A stretch of 64,000 bases of DNA from an uncultured candidatus Porisulfidus sp. (lineage in GTDB: Bacteria; Pseudomonadota; Gammaproteobacteria; Poriferisulfidales; Oxydemutatoraceae): positions 1,728,001-1,792,000 of the forward strand of contig OZ244052.1 in NCBI GenBank assembly GCA_965215125.1, given 5' to 3'. Numbering within the stretch: position 1 is the stretch's first letter; each line of letters opens with the position of its first letter. Below the pieces are notes generated by a model. That model saw nothing but the letters and a program-made list of their open reading frames with translations, searched no databases and was not told the DNA's origin. Position numbers and translations under genes: made by a program. Shown piece after piece: positions 40,291-49,855 of this stretch.

Positions 40291-41112
40291 ATGCACGCAA
40301 TTAGTCCACAAAAAATACGACATAGGAAATCATCCTGCTATTTCACTTTTGACGATATTATTATCTATAATGACGATATCTTGAAAATAAGTAGGATTCC
40401 TAAGTCATCCGTAGATCTTATAATCACATCGCCCCCTTATAATGTGGATATTCATTATTTATCGCACAAAGATGATTTAGGCTACGATAAGTACTTGGAG
40501 TTTACTAAGAAGTGGATTGCAAAATGCTATACTCTAGCGAGAGATGATGGTCGGTTGTGCTTAAATATTCCTTTGGATAAAAATAAAGGAGGACAACAAG
40601 CTGTTTGTGCCGATATTACGAATATTGCCAAGAAAATAGGGTGGAATTATCACTCTACGATTATTTGGAACGAGGGAAATATCTCACGCAGAACTGCTTG
40701 GGGGTCTTGGATGTCTGCTTCCGCACCTTATGTTATTGCTCCCGTTGAAGTGATTTTGATTTTGTATAAAAAAAATTGGAAAAAGCATAATGGGCAGAAA
40801 AAAAATGACATAAAAAAGCAGGAATTTATGGATTGGACCAACGGAGTATGGACATTCAACGGTCAGAGTAAGAAAGGTGCGGGAGGACATCCTGCTGCAT
40901 TTCCGGTTGAGCTTCCTAGAAGATGTATAAAATTATTTAGCTTTATCGGCGATACTGTTCTTGATCCGTTTCTCGGAAGCGGTTCAACACTTATTGCGGC
41001 ATACCTGAACAAACGTAAAGGTATAGGAATTGATATTGATAAAACATATTGTGATATTGCCGTTAAACGGTTGCATCAAGAAGCAAAAATTAATCAAACA
41101 AGTTTGCTTTAA
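40291..41112 (+). CDS. Beta-class N4-cytosine/N6-adenine DNA methyltransferase
   Basis: TSPPY motif IV N-terminal; HPAAFP and DPFLGSGST motif I C-terminal; AT-rich. Confidence 0.92.
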   Translation: MHAISPQKIRHRKSSCYFTFDDIIIYNDDILKISRIPKSSVDLIITSPPYNVDIHYLSHKDDLGYDKYLEFTKKWIAKCYTLARDDGRLCLNIPLDKNKGGQQAVCADITNIAKKIGWNYHSTIIWNEGNISRRTAWGSWMSASAPYVIAPVEVILILYKKNWKKHNGQKKNDIKKQEFMDWTNGVWTFNGQSKKGAGGHPAAFPVELPRRCIKLFSFIGDTVLDPFLGSGSTLIAAYLNKRKGIGIDIDKTYCDIAVKRLHQEAKINQTSLL

Positions 41113-41714
41113 TGTCTAAAGATAAAAAACGACTAAAGGCTCAATCTCAGAGTGATTTAATTATGGAGTTTTATAAAAAAAATCCTAATCGGGATATTTC
41201 CCATCCGGAAATTGTGGACTGGGTAACAAAGGAATACAAAAAGCGTACCTCTCGTGTTTTTCGAGATCCCGATAGAGCCATACGAAAGTTGCATGAACAG
41301 GGATTGTTGATAAAAGTGAAAAAAGGGACTTATCGTTATGTTCCGAGTAAAGCTATTCAAAGAACTACTCAAGATTTTACTGTTTCCCAGAAGAAGAAGA
41401 TATTTAAGCGAGATGGCTATAGATGTGTTATTTGTGGTTTGGGTATAAAAGACGGAGTAGAACTTCATGCCGACCATATTAAACCTAAAAAATCAGGAGG
41501 TCGTGCGACTATAACTAATGGTCAGACACTTTGCTCTAGACATAATATGATGAAAAAAACAATGGGCCAGACGGAAACAGGGAAAAAAATGTTTATCCGT
41601 TTGTACGAAATAGCAAAAAGAGAAAAGAACAAAGAGATTAGAGATTTCTGTGCCGATATTTTACAAATTTATGAAGATTATAAAATAAACGGACATATTA
41701 AATGGAAAAAGTAA
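41112..41714 (+). CDS. HNH endonuclease, probable cognate restriction enzyme
   Basis: CVIC..HADHIKP..GG....NGQTLC..HN; TAATG translational coupling to the MTase. Confidence 0.82.
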   Translation: MSKDKKRLKAQSQSDLIMEFYKKNPNRDISHPEIVDWVTKEYKKRTSRVFRDPDRAIRKLHEQGLLIKVKKGTYRYVPSKAIQRTTQDFTVSQKKKIFKRDGYRCVICGLGIKDGVELHADHIKPKKSGGRATITNGQTLCSRHNMMKKTMGQTETGKKMFIRLYEIAKREKNKEIRDFCADILQIYEDYKINGHIKWKK

Positions 41715-41843
41715 TTCAAAGTTGGTTAAGATTGGAATGTTCAATAATCGTATGGGGGACTTAAAGGCACTTCTGGGTAATAGTTCTAGATGTGTGAGAC
41801 CGGACGCATGCCAATCATTTCAGATGTATTTATAACGAAGCCA

Positions 41844-43016
41844 TCATACGCTATTCAATCCCTCGGCCAAGCGCGTCAATCCGACCTCCAATCGCTCGGT
41901 GGATAATGCGCCGTACGATACTCTAATACAGTTTTTGTGTTGTATGCCGAAAGCGTAGCCCGGTATGACTGCGACGCCGAAATCGGTAATCAATTTTTCT
42001 ATCGTCGCGATATCACAGACTGTATCGGACAAGGTGATAAAAGCGTAAAGCGCGCCCTCTATATGCGGTGGTTCGATTAAACCTTTGTCGGCGAGGGCTC
42101 CGAGCATCGATCTGCATAGTTCTCTATTGACGGCGATTTGTTTCATCCGCTCTTTGACATAATCCGCTCCCGATTTTAGACACTCCAGTGCGGCAAATTG
42201 CGACACGGTGGGTGGGCAGATGAGTATATTGTCTTGTACTTTGTGGATTGCCGTGTCTAGTTCGCGAGGCACTACCATATAGCCCACACGCCACGAGGCG
42301 AGGCCATAGCTTTTGGAAAAGGAGAACATTGATATAGTATGCGTAGCCGAGTCGGGGAGCGAGCCGGGCGAGAAGTGCGTATGCGTTTCATCGGTAAAAT
42401 CTTCGTAGGCTTCGTCGCTGATATGATAAATCCGGTGTTCGGCACACAACGCATTGATTGCGCCGAGTGTTTGTTCCGAATAGATGCATCCGCTGGGATT
42501 ATTCGGTGATATGCTGACGATCGCGCGAGTTTTGGTGGTGATAGCCTTCGCTATGCGCGCGATTGCCGGTTGATAGTTTTCATCGGTATCGACGACGACG
42601 GCTTTACAGCTACACATTTCTATGGTCATTTTGTGGTTGAAGTAGTAGGGTGCCAGCACGATAATCTCGTCGCCCGGGTCGCACAACGCAAGTACGACTG
42701 CATTGAATGCCATGTTCGCACCGGCGGTTATGAACAGACATTGTTCGTCGCTCAATACGATGTTATTTTTGCCTTGCAGTTTGCTTTTCAATGCCGTTTG
42801 TAGTTCATCCAATCCGGCAACCGGTCCGTAGAGATGGTATTCCGTGCGCGACATCACTTTTTTAATCGCGTCCGAGACGGCGGGCGGCGGCGGATAGTAG
42901 ACCACTCCTTGTCCCAGAGAGATCGTGTCGGGGTGTTTGCGTATTAATGTATTGACTATCGGGATGACTGCATCTTCTACGACTGCCATTCTAAGAGACT
43001 GAAATTGCTTGGTCAT
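41844..43016 (-). CDS. PLP-dependent class I/II aminotransferase
   Basis: SPNNPSG, SDEAY, SFSKSYGLASWRVG. Confidence 0.9.
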   Translation of the reverse strand: MTKQFQSLRMAVVEDAVIPIVNTLIRKHPDTISLGQGVVYYPPPPAVSDAIKKVMSRTEYHLYGPVAGLDELQTALKSKLQGKNNIVLSDEQCLFITAGANMAFNAVVLALCDPGDEIIVLAPYYFNHKMTIEMCSCKAVVVDTDENYQPAIARIAKAITTKTRAIVSISPNNPSGCIYSEQTLGAINALCAEHRIYHISDEAYEDFTDETHTHFSPGSLPDSATHTISMFSFSKSYGLASWRVGYMVVPRELDTAIHKVQDNILICPPTVSQFAALECLKSGADYVKERMKQIAVNRELCRSMLGALADKGLIEPPHIEGALYAFITLSDTVCDIATIEKLITDFGVAVIPGYAFGIQHKNCIRVSYGALSTERLEVGLTRLAEGLNSV

Positions 43017-43029
43017 CGGTATGCAATCT

Positions 43030-45231
43030 TCAGCATGTAATTTGATGGTAGATTTCTGCCATTCTAAGCGGAAGTTTTTCTATTTCGTTGATGATAGAGA
43101 AGCGGGTGTGTCCGTACATATAAGGTAAGTATTCCATAGCCGCTTTGTCGATCGTAATGCAGTGCGAGTGTATACCGTTTGTGCGCAACTCGAACAATGC
43201 TTTGCGGGTGTCTTCTACGCCGTAGCTGTCGCGATAGCCGTCGGCATCGTCGGGTTTGCCGTCCGATAGCACAATGAGTATTTTGGTTTTGGCATCTATA
43301 CATTGCAGTTGCTCTCCTACATAGCGAACCGCTGCGCCGATACGGGTATACAGTTCGGCTTTGATTGCACCGATTTTTTCCTGTACCGCTTCGCCGTAAT
43401 CTTCCTCGATGGTTTTGACGGGATATATTTTGCATTGCTTTCGGGTGTGTCCGTTGAAGCCGTAGATTGCATAGCGGTCGCCCAAGGTTTCCAAAGACTC
43501 GCACAACAGTACCAAGGCTTCTTTTTCAAGTCTATTGATCCAGCCGCGTGTAGAGGCACTCATGTCTATGAGGAACATCACCGCAACATCGCGTTCTTCT
43601 TTATTGTTTTTGATGAAAATGTTGTCGTTGAGTTCGGTTTTTATGGCCAGTGTATCCACCAAACTTTCCACGACGGCGTCTAGGTCTATTTCGTCTCCGT
43701 ATGTTTGCTTGCGAAGTAATTTGTCGTCGTTGCGCAGTGCCTCGAATGTGCGGTGCAGTCGGTTGACGATATTGTAGTGTTCGGCGAGTGTTCGCGATAC
43801 AAAGTCAAGGTTGCCCTCGTCGAGCGATTCCATATAGATATGGCACCAATCTTTGCGATATTTTTGAATCGCATGATCCCATTCGGGTAGCATCAGCTTT
43901 GCCGCATCGTGCTCTTTCACCTCGGGGATTTCGTCGCTAAGATCGGGTGCTTTGGTATCCGAGGCGGACTCCGACAATACCGACTCGGGTATTATGCCTA
44001 GATCTTGTCCTAGCTGTTCAAATAATTCAAGCATGTCTTCGGGAATTTCTATATCTTCGCCGTCGTGGTTTAGTACGAACCCGTATTCGTCGGGTGTCAA
44101 CGCCTGTTCGTAGAACTTCAATGTGAACGGGGTTGAGGTTTTGGCAGAAATTTTATTTTGTTTTTGTAGTTGCTCGCGTAGTTTGTCCAACATTTCCGCA
44201 AGCCGCTTTTGGTTATCGTCGACGCGAGTTTTAATCACCTTATAGACCCGTCCCGGTTTGTATACACCGTGGCACGGATACAGTTCGGGTGTGGGTTCGT
44301 TATAGACCGAGTTTATTAGGTTTAAGCTGTCTTCGGAACGCGCATGTTCTGATGAAAGTTTTGTATCGGCATTACGCCATGCAGGTGTATCGGGTGGTTG
44401 CCAACGTGTGCCGTAAAGCATACTTTCCAATCGCATGATGCCGGGCAGGGTGCGCGCAAGGCAATGTGTGAGCCGTAAGGTTTCCAATGCTTGAAAGATG
44501 TCTATCGCACGCTCGGGGTCGTTGTGTTCGTACAACAGTCGCGGAATGTCAACATGCCACGTACCGAACCGGCTCTGCGCCCACAGATAAGTGGTTGCCA
44601 ATTTGTAGAAACTGAAATTTTTATCGATGCTATTGAAGCCGGTATATTTTTCAGGTAAGAATAGCGTTGCGGTATCGGTGTAGAGTTCCGTACCGGGAGC
44701 GATTTTGAGCTGTACGTTGCCGAAGCCGGTGACCAAATACTCTATCACCGAGCGTACTTGCTCGAGTATCACGGTGGCCGGTTCGGGCCGGAGCGACGCA
44801 ACATAATCGTCGGTTTGTGCGAGATACGCCATTGCATCCGACACACCTTTATTTAATGTCAGAGATTTTATTTCATCGACCCATGCGCGCCAGTTTTTAT
44901 CGTCTAAATGTTTTAGTGCGGCTATGGCTCGGCAACAAAACTCGTGTGTAATCTCGGTCGAAACGAGGCTTAGCTCTTGCGCTGCGTTCAGTAGTCTCAG
45001 TTGATCCGCCATGCCGAAACGGGTCAATGATTTTGCGGTTTGAAAAAGCTCGGATAAATCCTTGTTCGGTAGGTCTATCAACAATTCTAGACGCAGTTGT
45101 ATTTCGCGCTCACCCATACCGCCGTAATCGGTGGAAGAAGGTCCTCGCTCTACGGTCTTCGAGGCGTTTGCTCGCTTATAAAGCGCAGCGATGCCGCCAA
45201 ACGCTCTTTTGAGATATAGCACCGGTGTCAT
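43030..45231 (-). CDS. CbbO/NorD-family von Willebrand A protein (AAA+ chaperone adaptor)
   Basis: LPEWD....Y..DWC, GDEIDLDA, DMSAST MIDAS motif, YTRIGAAVR, SDGKPDD, YGVEDTR. Confidence 0.85.
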   Translation of the reverse strand: MTPVLYLKRAFGGIAALYKRANASKTVERGPSSTDYGGMGEREIQLRLELLIDLPNKDLSELFQTAKSLTRFGMADQLRLLNAAQELSLVSTEITHEFCCRAIAALKHLDDKNWRAWVDEIKSLTLNKGVSDAMAYLAQTDDYVASLRPEPATVILEQVRSVIEYLVTGFGNVQLKIAPGTELYTDTATLFLPEKYTGFNSIDKNFSFYKLATTYLWAQSRFGTWHVDIPRLLYEHNDPERAIDIFQALETLRLTHCLARTLPGIMRLESMLYGTRWQPPDTPAWRNADTKLSSEHARSEDSLNLINSVYNEPTPELYPCHGVYKPGRVYKVIKTRVDDNQKRLAEMLDKLREQLQKQNKISAKTSTPFTLKFYEQALTPDEYGFVLNHDGEDIEIPEDMLELFEQLGQDLGIIPESVLSESASDTKAPDLSDEIPEVKEHDAAKLMLPEWDHAIQKYRKDWCHIYMESLDEGNLDFVSRTLAEHYNIVNRLHRTFEALRNDDKLLRKQTYGDEIDLDAVVESLVDTLAIKTELNDNIFIKNNKEERDVAVMFLIDMSASTRGWINRLEKEALVLLCESLETLGDRYAIYGFNGHTRKQCKIYPVKTIEEDYGEAVQEKIGAIKAELYTRIGAAVRYVGEQLQCIDAKTKILIVLSDGKPDDADGYRDSYGVEDTRKALFELRTNGIHSHCITIDKAAMEYLPYMYGHTRFSIINEIEKLPLRMAEIYHQITC

Positions 45232-45866
45232 AGTTGATCCAGAAGAACACGTTTTGCATCGTTGATCATCGCCGCCATATAAGGTGTGCCACCACGGTCG
45301 GGATGGAATTTTTGCATTAGTTTTCGGTGTGCGTCTATGATTTGTTCGCGTGTCGCACCGGCTTCAACGCCTAAAATCTTATAGGCTTCTTTGCTTGTAA
45401 TATTCTTGGGTGCGGCACTCTGCTGCCGGTTGTGGGGTTGTCGCTTCAAGTACGCTTCCACAAAACTCGCTGCTTGTGGATCCTTTTTTTTCAAAATTTC
45501 TATCAGTGCCCGCACTTCTCGCTCGTTCAGAGAGGCTAAGCGACGCAACAAGTTCTGCACCATCTCGGGAGAAGCGTTTGCTGATCCGAACAAACCGGGA
45601 CCTGAGTCTCCGGGCTTGATTCTTTGGTATAAACGGAATATAAAAGGTGTCCAGCGTAGAAAAGTGAATAGCTTCATTATGAAGGGTATTGCGACTCCGC
45701 CGGCAGCGACGAACCAGTGTAATCTGCCGGTTAATGCCATGCCCACGAGCAAAGCAATCAGCAAATACAGATAATAACGCCAGCGATTTTCCTTAGGTTG
45801 CAGCCTAATCCAACGGATAAGCAGTAGCAAGATAAGGACTGCCGCAATAGTCAAAAAAATATACAT
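45228..45866 (-). CDS. Membrane-anchored protein with C-terminal J domain
   Basis: EAYKILG..AHRKLMQKFHPDRGG..INDAK. Confidence 0.85.
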   Translation of the reverse strand: MYIFLTIAAVLILLLLIRWIRLQPKENRWRYYLYLLIALLVGMALTGRLHWFVAAGGVAIPFIMKLFTFLRWTPFIFRLYQRIKPGDSGPGLFGSANASPEMVQNLLRRLASLNEREVRALIEILKKKDPQAASFVEAYLKRQPHNRQQSAAPKNITSKEAYKILGVEAGATREQIIDAHRKLMQKFHPDRGGTPYMAAMINDAKRVLLDQL

Positions 45867-45907
45867 GACCGAACTTTGAAATTATTCGGCTATTATACAT
45901 TGAACTG

Positions 45908-46208
45908 TTCCTTCACAGGAGGGGAATGGACTGCTAATGTATTTGTGCAGATACACCGAGGCTGTGGAAAAAGTATTTTATACACCATAACTGCAACCGC
46001 TTACGCCATTTGGTTTTGGTTTCCATAAATTGGATGGATGAATGTATAAAATAGTTCAGACACTTCGGCAACTACCCCGTCAGGCTCAGTAGAACCGCCG
46101 ATTGAACCAGTAGGTCAATCGGCGTGACATTGTGCAGAACTTGACCATGATTGCTAAACGCATACATTGCAAAATGCGTAGGCCACCCCTCCGAAGGAGG
46201 GGAATGGG
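45908..46208 (+). repeat. Largest mosaic repeat (modules D, E, A, B, F, D)
   Basis: Every module matches copies elsewhere in the window; B+F (46090-46181) sits inside the A/D core. Confidence 0.85.
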
Positions 46209-46217
46209 TTGGCACCT

Positions 46218-47339
46218 CTAACCGTCGATACGCCGTATCATTTTAGGTATGGCAGGATTTTTAGGATCTATTGCATCCGCCGGACATGCATCGACGCAAG
46301 CGTAGCAACGGATACATTGCTTGGGGTCTATATACAAGGTGTTGTAATAGAGACCCGATGTCTTGTAGGGATCCACTTCTTCGTAGACCATGCCGTCGCC
46401 GTCTTTACGCAAATCCGATACCTCAATAATACACTTGGGTATAGGACAGACAAAAAGACATTCGTCGCATAACACGCAGGTTGCATTATCAACTACCGGT
46501 ACCGGTGATCTGATGTCTTCGAATTTATCGTAATAGATGTCATTTGTCGACATACCGAGGTCGGTTAATACCGCAATGCCCGCATCTATCATCGGCGGTG
46601 GTCCACAGAAATAGGCTTTGGCTTCGGTCAACGATACTTTTCCGGAATCCAAGTAGTTTTTCTTTAGATAATCGGTCACCATGCCGCGTGCGCCTTGCCA
46701 GTCGCTATCCTCGGGTTCTTCGGACAATACCGGGACAAACTCAAATTGATAATCCGAATGCCACTTTTCTTTTAATGTTTTGATTTCTTCAATGCAATAG
46801 AGGTCTCTCTGGGTGCGTGCGCCGTATAGGAATAATACATTCCTTTGTATTTGTCTAAAGCAACCATCTTCAAGCAGTGCGAAGATAGCACTCATGCCGC
46901 TACCCCCGGCAATGCAGACCATTTGCAAGTCGGATGGATCTATGCCGAATTTTCCGAGCGGCCCTTGAACGGTAATAGGTTGCCCGCTACGGTCGGTGTC
47001 GAACAACCAGCCCGAGAACTGACCTCCCGGCACTTGGCGTATGAAAAATGAATACTCGCCGGCCTCTTCACATTTCGGAGAACGTGCGAAGGAATAGGCA
47101 CGTGGTTTTTCAATGCCGTCCACTTTTAATATCGCGTATTGCCCTGCGCTACGTGCTATCGGTTGCGAGTCTTCCTCGGCTTTGATAACCAACTCGCAGG
47201 TATCGTAAGTCAGTTTCTTAATACTTTTGATCGTGCAGTGGTTGGTTATTGCCCGACCGCCGTAGAGCGTTTTGTCGGGGTAGGGTATTTGCGCCAGTTG
47301 TTGGACAGGATCGTAAAAGTTGGTGCTTGGATTGCTCAC
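46218..47339 (-). CDS. FAD/NAD(P)-binding FNR-type oxidoreductase with C-terminal 2x[4Fe-4S] ferredoxin domain
   Basis: RAYS, GQFS, IAGGSG and YFCGPPPM motifs, then CVLCDECLFVCP and CIRCYACVDACP. Confidence 0.85.
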   Translation of the reverse strand: MSNPSTNFYDPVQQLAQIPYPDKTLYGGRAITNHCTIKSIKKLTYDTCELVIKAEEDSQPIARSAGQYAILKVDGIEKPRAYSFARSPKCEEAGEYSFFIRQVPGGQFSGWLFDTDRSGQPITVQGPLGKFGIDPSDLQMVCIAGGSGMSAIFALLEDGCFRQIQRNVLFLYGARTQRDLYCIEEIKTLKEKWHSDYQFEFVPVLSEEPEDSDWQGARGMVTDYLKKNYLDSGKVSLTEAKAYFCGPPPMIDAGIAVLTDLGMSTNDIYYDKFEDIRSPVPVVDNATCVLCDECLFVCPIPKCIIEVSDLRKDGDGMVYEEVDPYKTSGLYYNTLYIDPKQCIRCYACVDACPADAIDPKNPAIPKMIRRIDG

Positions 47340-47341
47340 TG

Positions 47342-49648
47342 TTAAACCTCCGTAAATGCTTGTGGATTTTGCGATTTTGCATATGCAATAATTTCTTCGT
47401 CACTCATCTTGGCATCTTGGTTGCGTGGGTCGGAACGCCATGCCTTGATATAGCCGCTTTCCCCTCCCATTTGCTTTAATTTTTGAGCGGTTAGTTTATC
47501 CGCTGCCTCCGCTTTCTCTATTTCCACCAGCACCGAATAAAAACACGGACTCATGCCGAAGTCGGTCAACATCTCGGAGTTCAATCCGTTTGCGTTGACA
47601 CCGCCCGGAGTATGGCTTCCCTTGAATTGCTTTTGGGTTCCACAAACACCGGGCAACAAGCCGTCTACGATTACCGCATAACAATAGGTCTCGCCGCGAT
47701 TGTTATACAGGCGCACCAAATCGCCGTCTTTGATATTGCGTGCTTTTGCGTCTTCGGGGTTTAACTCCACGGTAGGACGCGACATCATTGCTTGTAGGCG
47801 CGGCACCGACTGGAACGAATCACCTATAAAGTAATGGGTCGCGCTACTGATTACCTGTATCGGATAATCCTTGCGACGCTCGTGATCTTCTTGTCCTTCA
47901 ACCTCGGGGTTATGGGTCGGCAGAGGGTCTTGTCCTTGATCGGCTAAAGTCTTGCTATAGATTTCTATTTTTCCGCTTTCGGTCGGCCAGCCTTTGTTCA
48001 GGAAGTCGCGCCGTTCGGATTCTACGCTACCTCTAGCCCAACCATTTTTTTCGAGTTCCTCGTAGGTGATGCCTTCCATCAAGGGATTTTCGGTATCGTC
48101 TACGATTTCTTTCATCATTTCCTCGTCGGTCTGCGTAAAAGCATTATCGCCTGCTTCGACATAGCCCATTTTCTTTGCGAGCATACGAAACATTTCGGTG
48201 TTACGCACACTTTCGCCCAAAGGCTCTATGATGGGCTTGTTCATATTGAAGTAATAATGTCCGTAGGCTGCATGCAAATCGGCTCGCTCAAACTGCGTAT
48301 CGGCAGGGATCACAATATCGGCATATTTACAAGTATCGGTCCAGAAAGTATCGTGTACTGCAACAAACAGGTCTTCACGCATCAGTCCTTTGCGCACATT
48401 ATTGGAGTTCGGCGCGCAGTTTGCCGGATCCGAGTTATAAACGAATAAATGTTTAATCGGTGGATCCAGTTTCTCTTCGTTGGCACCGATATCGTCGGCT
48501 AGTGCTCGTCCGATCTGCACCATATTGACGATACGCTTCTCGGCACGGTTTCCTAAGTCCGGGCGTTGTAATTTGCCCAACGGGAATTTCAACCACATTT
48601 CTTCCAATGTACCGAAGGCGGTGCCGCCACATTTCTCACGCCACGCACCGGTGATACAAGGCAACACCAAAATGGAACGACACATTTGCCCTGCATTTTG
48701 GTGGCGGTTCAAGCCGTAATTTGCACGAATGTAGCTTTTTTTCGTACTGCCGTATTCTAAAGCCAGCGTTTTAATCGTCTCGGCATCCAACCCGGTAATC
48801 TCTGCGACTTTCTCAAGCGGATAGTCGGGCAACTTTTTCTCCAAGAACTCTTCCCAGCCTACGGTTTGTTCTTTTAGAAAATCTAAATCGTGCAAACCTT
48901 CGTCGACGATGATCTTCATCATCCCTAAAGCCAATGCACCGTCGGTGCCGGGACGCGGTTGTATATGCCAATCCGCCATCATAGTAGTACGCGTCACACG
49001 TGGGTCTATGACGATTAGTTTGACGCCGCGTTTGCGCGCCTTTTGTATAAAAGGTATCGCATGTACCCCGGTGCTAACCAAATTGGTTCCCCATAATATA
49101 ATGACTTCGGCCTCCGAACACGCTTCGTGTATAGAAGGGCCGTTGGCAATGCCGTAGGTATAAATACCTGCCCACATCGCTGCGTAGATGCAGATCGATT
49201 GCTCCAATCTGGCAGCATTCATTTTGTTCCAAAAACGCTGGTCCATGCCCCAATAACCCAGCATGCCGAGTGTTCCCGAATACGAATACGGTTGCACGGC
49301 TTCGGAACCGTATTCGGATATGACTTCCTTCATGTTGTCGGTAATCGTATCCAAAGCCTCGTCCCAACCGATGCGTTCAAATTTTGCATTGGGGCCTTTA
49401 GGACCTACTCGCTTGTGCGGATAGAGAACCCGATTGTCGTTATAGACCAATTCAACATAGTGATTTACTTTGTTGCAAAGATAGCCTTTGGTGATAGGAT
49501 GAGTCGGGTCGCCTTGCACTCTGACGACTTTACCCGTTTTGTCGTTTCGGGTCACCAAGATAGAACAAGTATCGGGGCAGTCGTGCGGACAACACATATG
49601 ATGGTATGAATGTCCTTCGGGTGCTTCAGATTTTGTATACAATGTCAT
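47342..49648 (-). CDS. Cytoplasmic molybdopterin (bis-MGD, DMSO reductase superfamily) oxidoreductase with N-terminal Fe-S motif
   Basis: CPHDCPDTC..LCNK, WDEAL, WGTN, IDP..T.TA.WH..RPGTDGALA, C-terminal dinucleotide-binding domain; no Tat motif; SD GGAGG before ATG 49648. Confidence 0.88.
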   Translation of the reverse strand: MTLYTKSEAPEGHSYHHMCCPHDCPDTCSILVTRNDKTGKVVRVQGDPTHPITKGYLCNKVNHYVELVYNDNRVLYPHKRVGPKGPNAKFERIGWDEALDTITDNMKEVISEYGSEAVQPYSYSGTLGMLGYWGMDQRFWNKMNAARLEQSICIYAAMWAGIYTYGIANGPSIHEACSEAEVIILWGTNLVSTGVHAIPFIQKARKRGVKLIVIDPRVTRTTMMADWHIQPRPGTDGALALGMMKIIVDEGLHDLDFLKEQTVGWEEFLEKKLPDYPLEKVAEITGLDAETIKTLALEYGSTKKSYIRANYGLNRHQNAGQMCRSILVLPCITGAWREKCGGTAFGTLEEMWLKFPLGKLQRPDLGNRAEKRIVNMVQIGRALADDIGANEEKLDPPIKHLFVYNSDPANCAPNSNNVRKGLMREDLFVAVHDTFWTDTCKYADIVIPADTQFERADLHAAYGHYYFNMNKPIIEPLGESVRNTEMFRMLAKKMGYVEAGDNAFTQTDEEMMKEIVDDTENPLMEGITYEELEKNGWARGSVESERRDFLNKGWPTESGKIEIYSKTLADQGQDPLPTHNPEVEGQEDHERRKDYPIQVISSATHYFIGDSFQSVPRLQAMMSRPTVELNPEDAKARNIKDGDLVRLYNNRGETYCYAVIVDGLLPGVCGTQKQFKGSHTPGGVNANGLNSEMLTDFGMSPCFYSVLVEIEKAEAADKLTAQKLKQMGGESGYIKAWRSDPRNQDAKMSDEEIIAYAKSQNPQAFTEV

Positions 49649-49758
49649 GTCAATACCTCCTCGTATGATATTTCGGGAATTATTATACCGATAAATCACG
49701 AATATGGAACTATTGCTTGCGCAGTTTGTGTCGCCCCTAAAGAAGGGGGGCGGGTATT

Positions 49759-49819
49759 GCATTTTGCAATGTATGCGTTATCAGTGTGTTAAGGTTCTGC
49801 AAGATGTCACACCGATTGA
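49759..49819 (-). repeat. Module B(half)+F, inverted relative to 46115-46177
   Basis: Reverse complement reads TCAATCGGTGTGACATCTTGCAGAACCTTAAC..AACGCATACATTGCAAAATGC. Confidence 0.8.
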
Positions 49820-49855
49820 TTTTGATATATATAATATTTCTAATGGATACAATAT

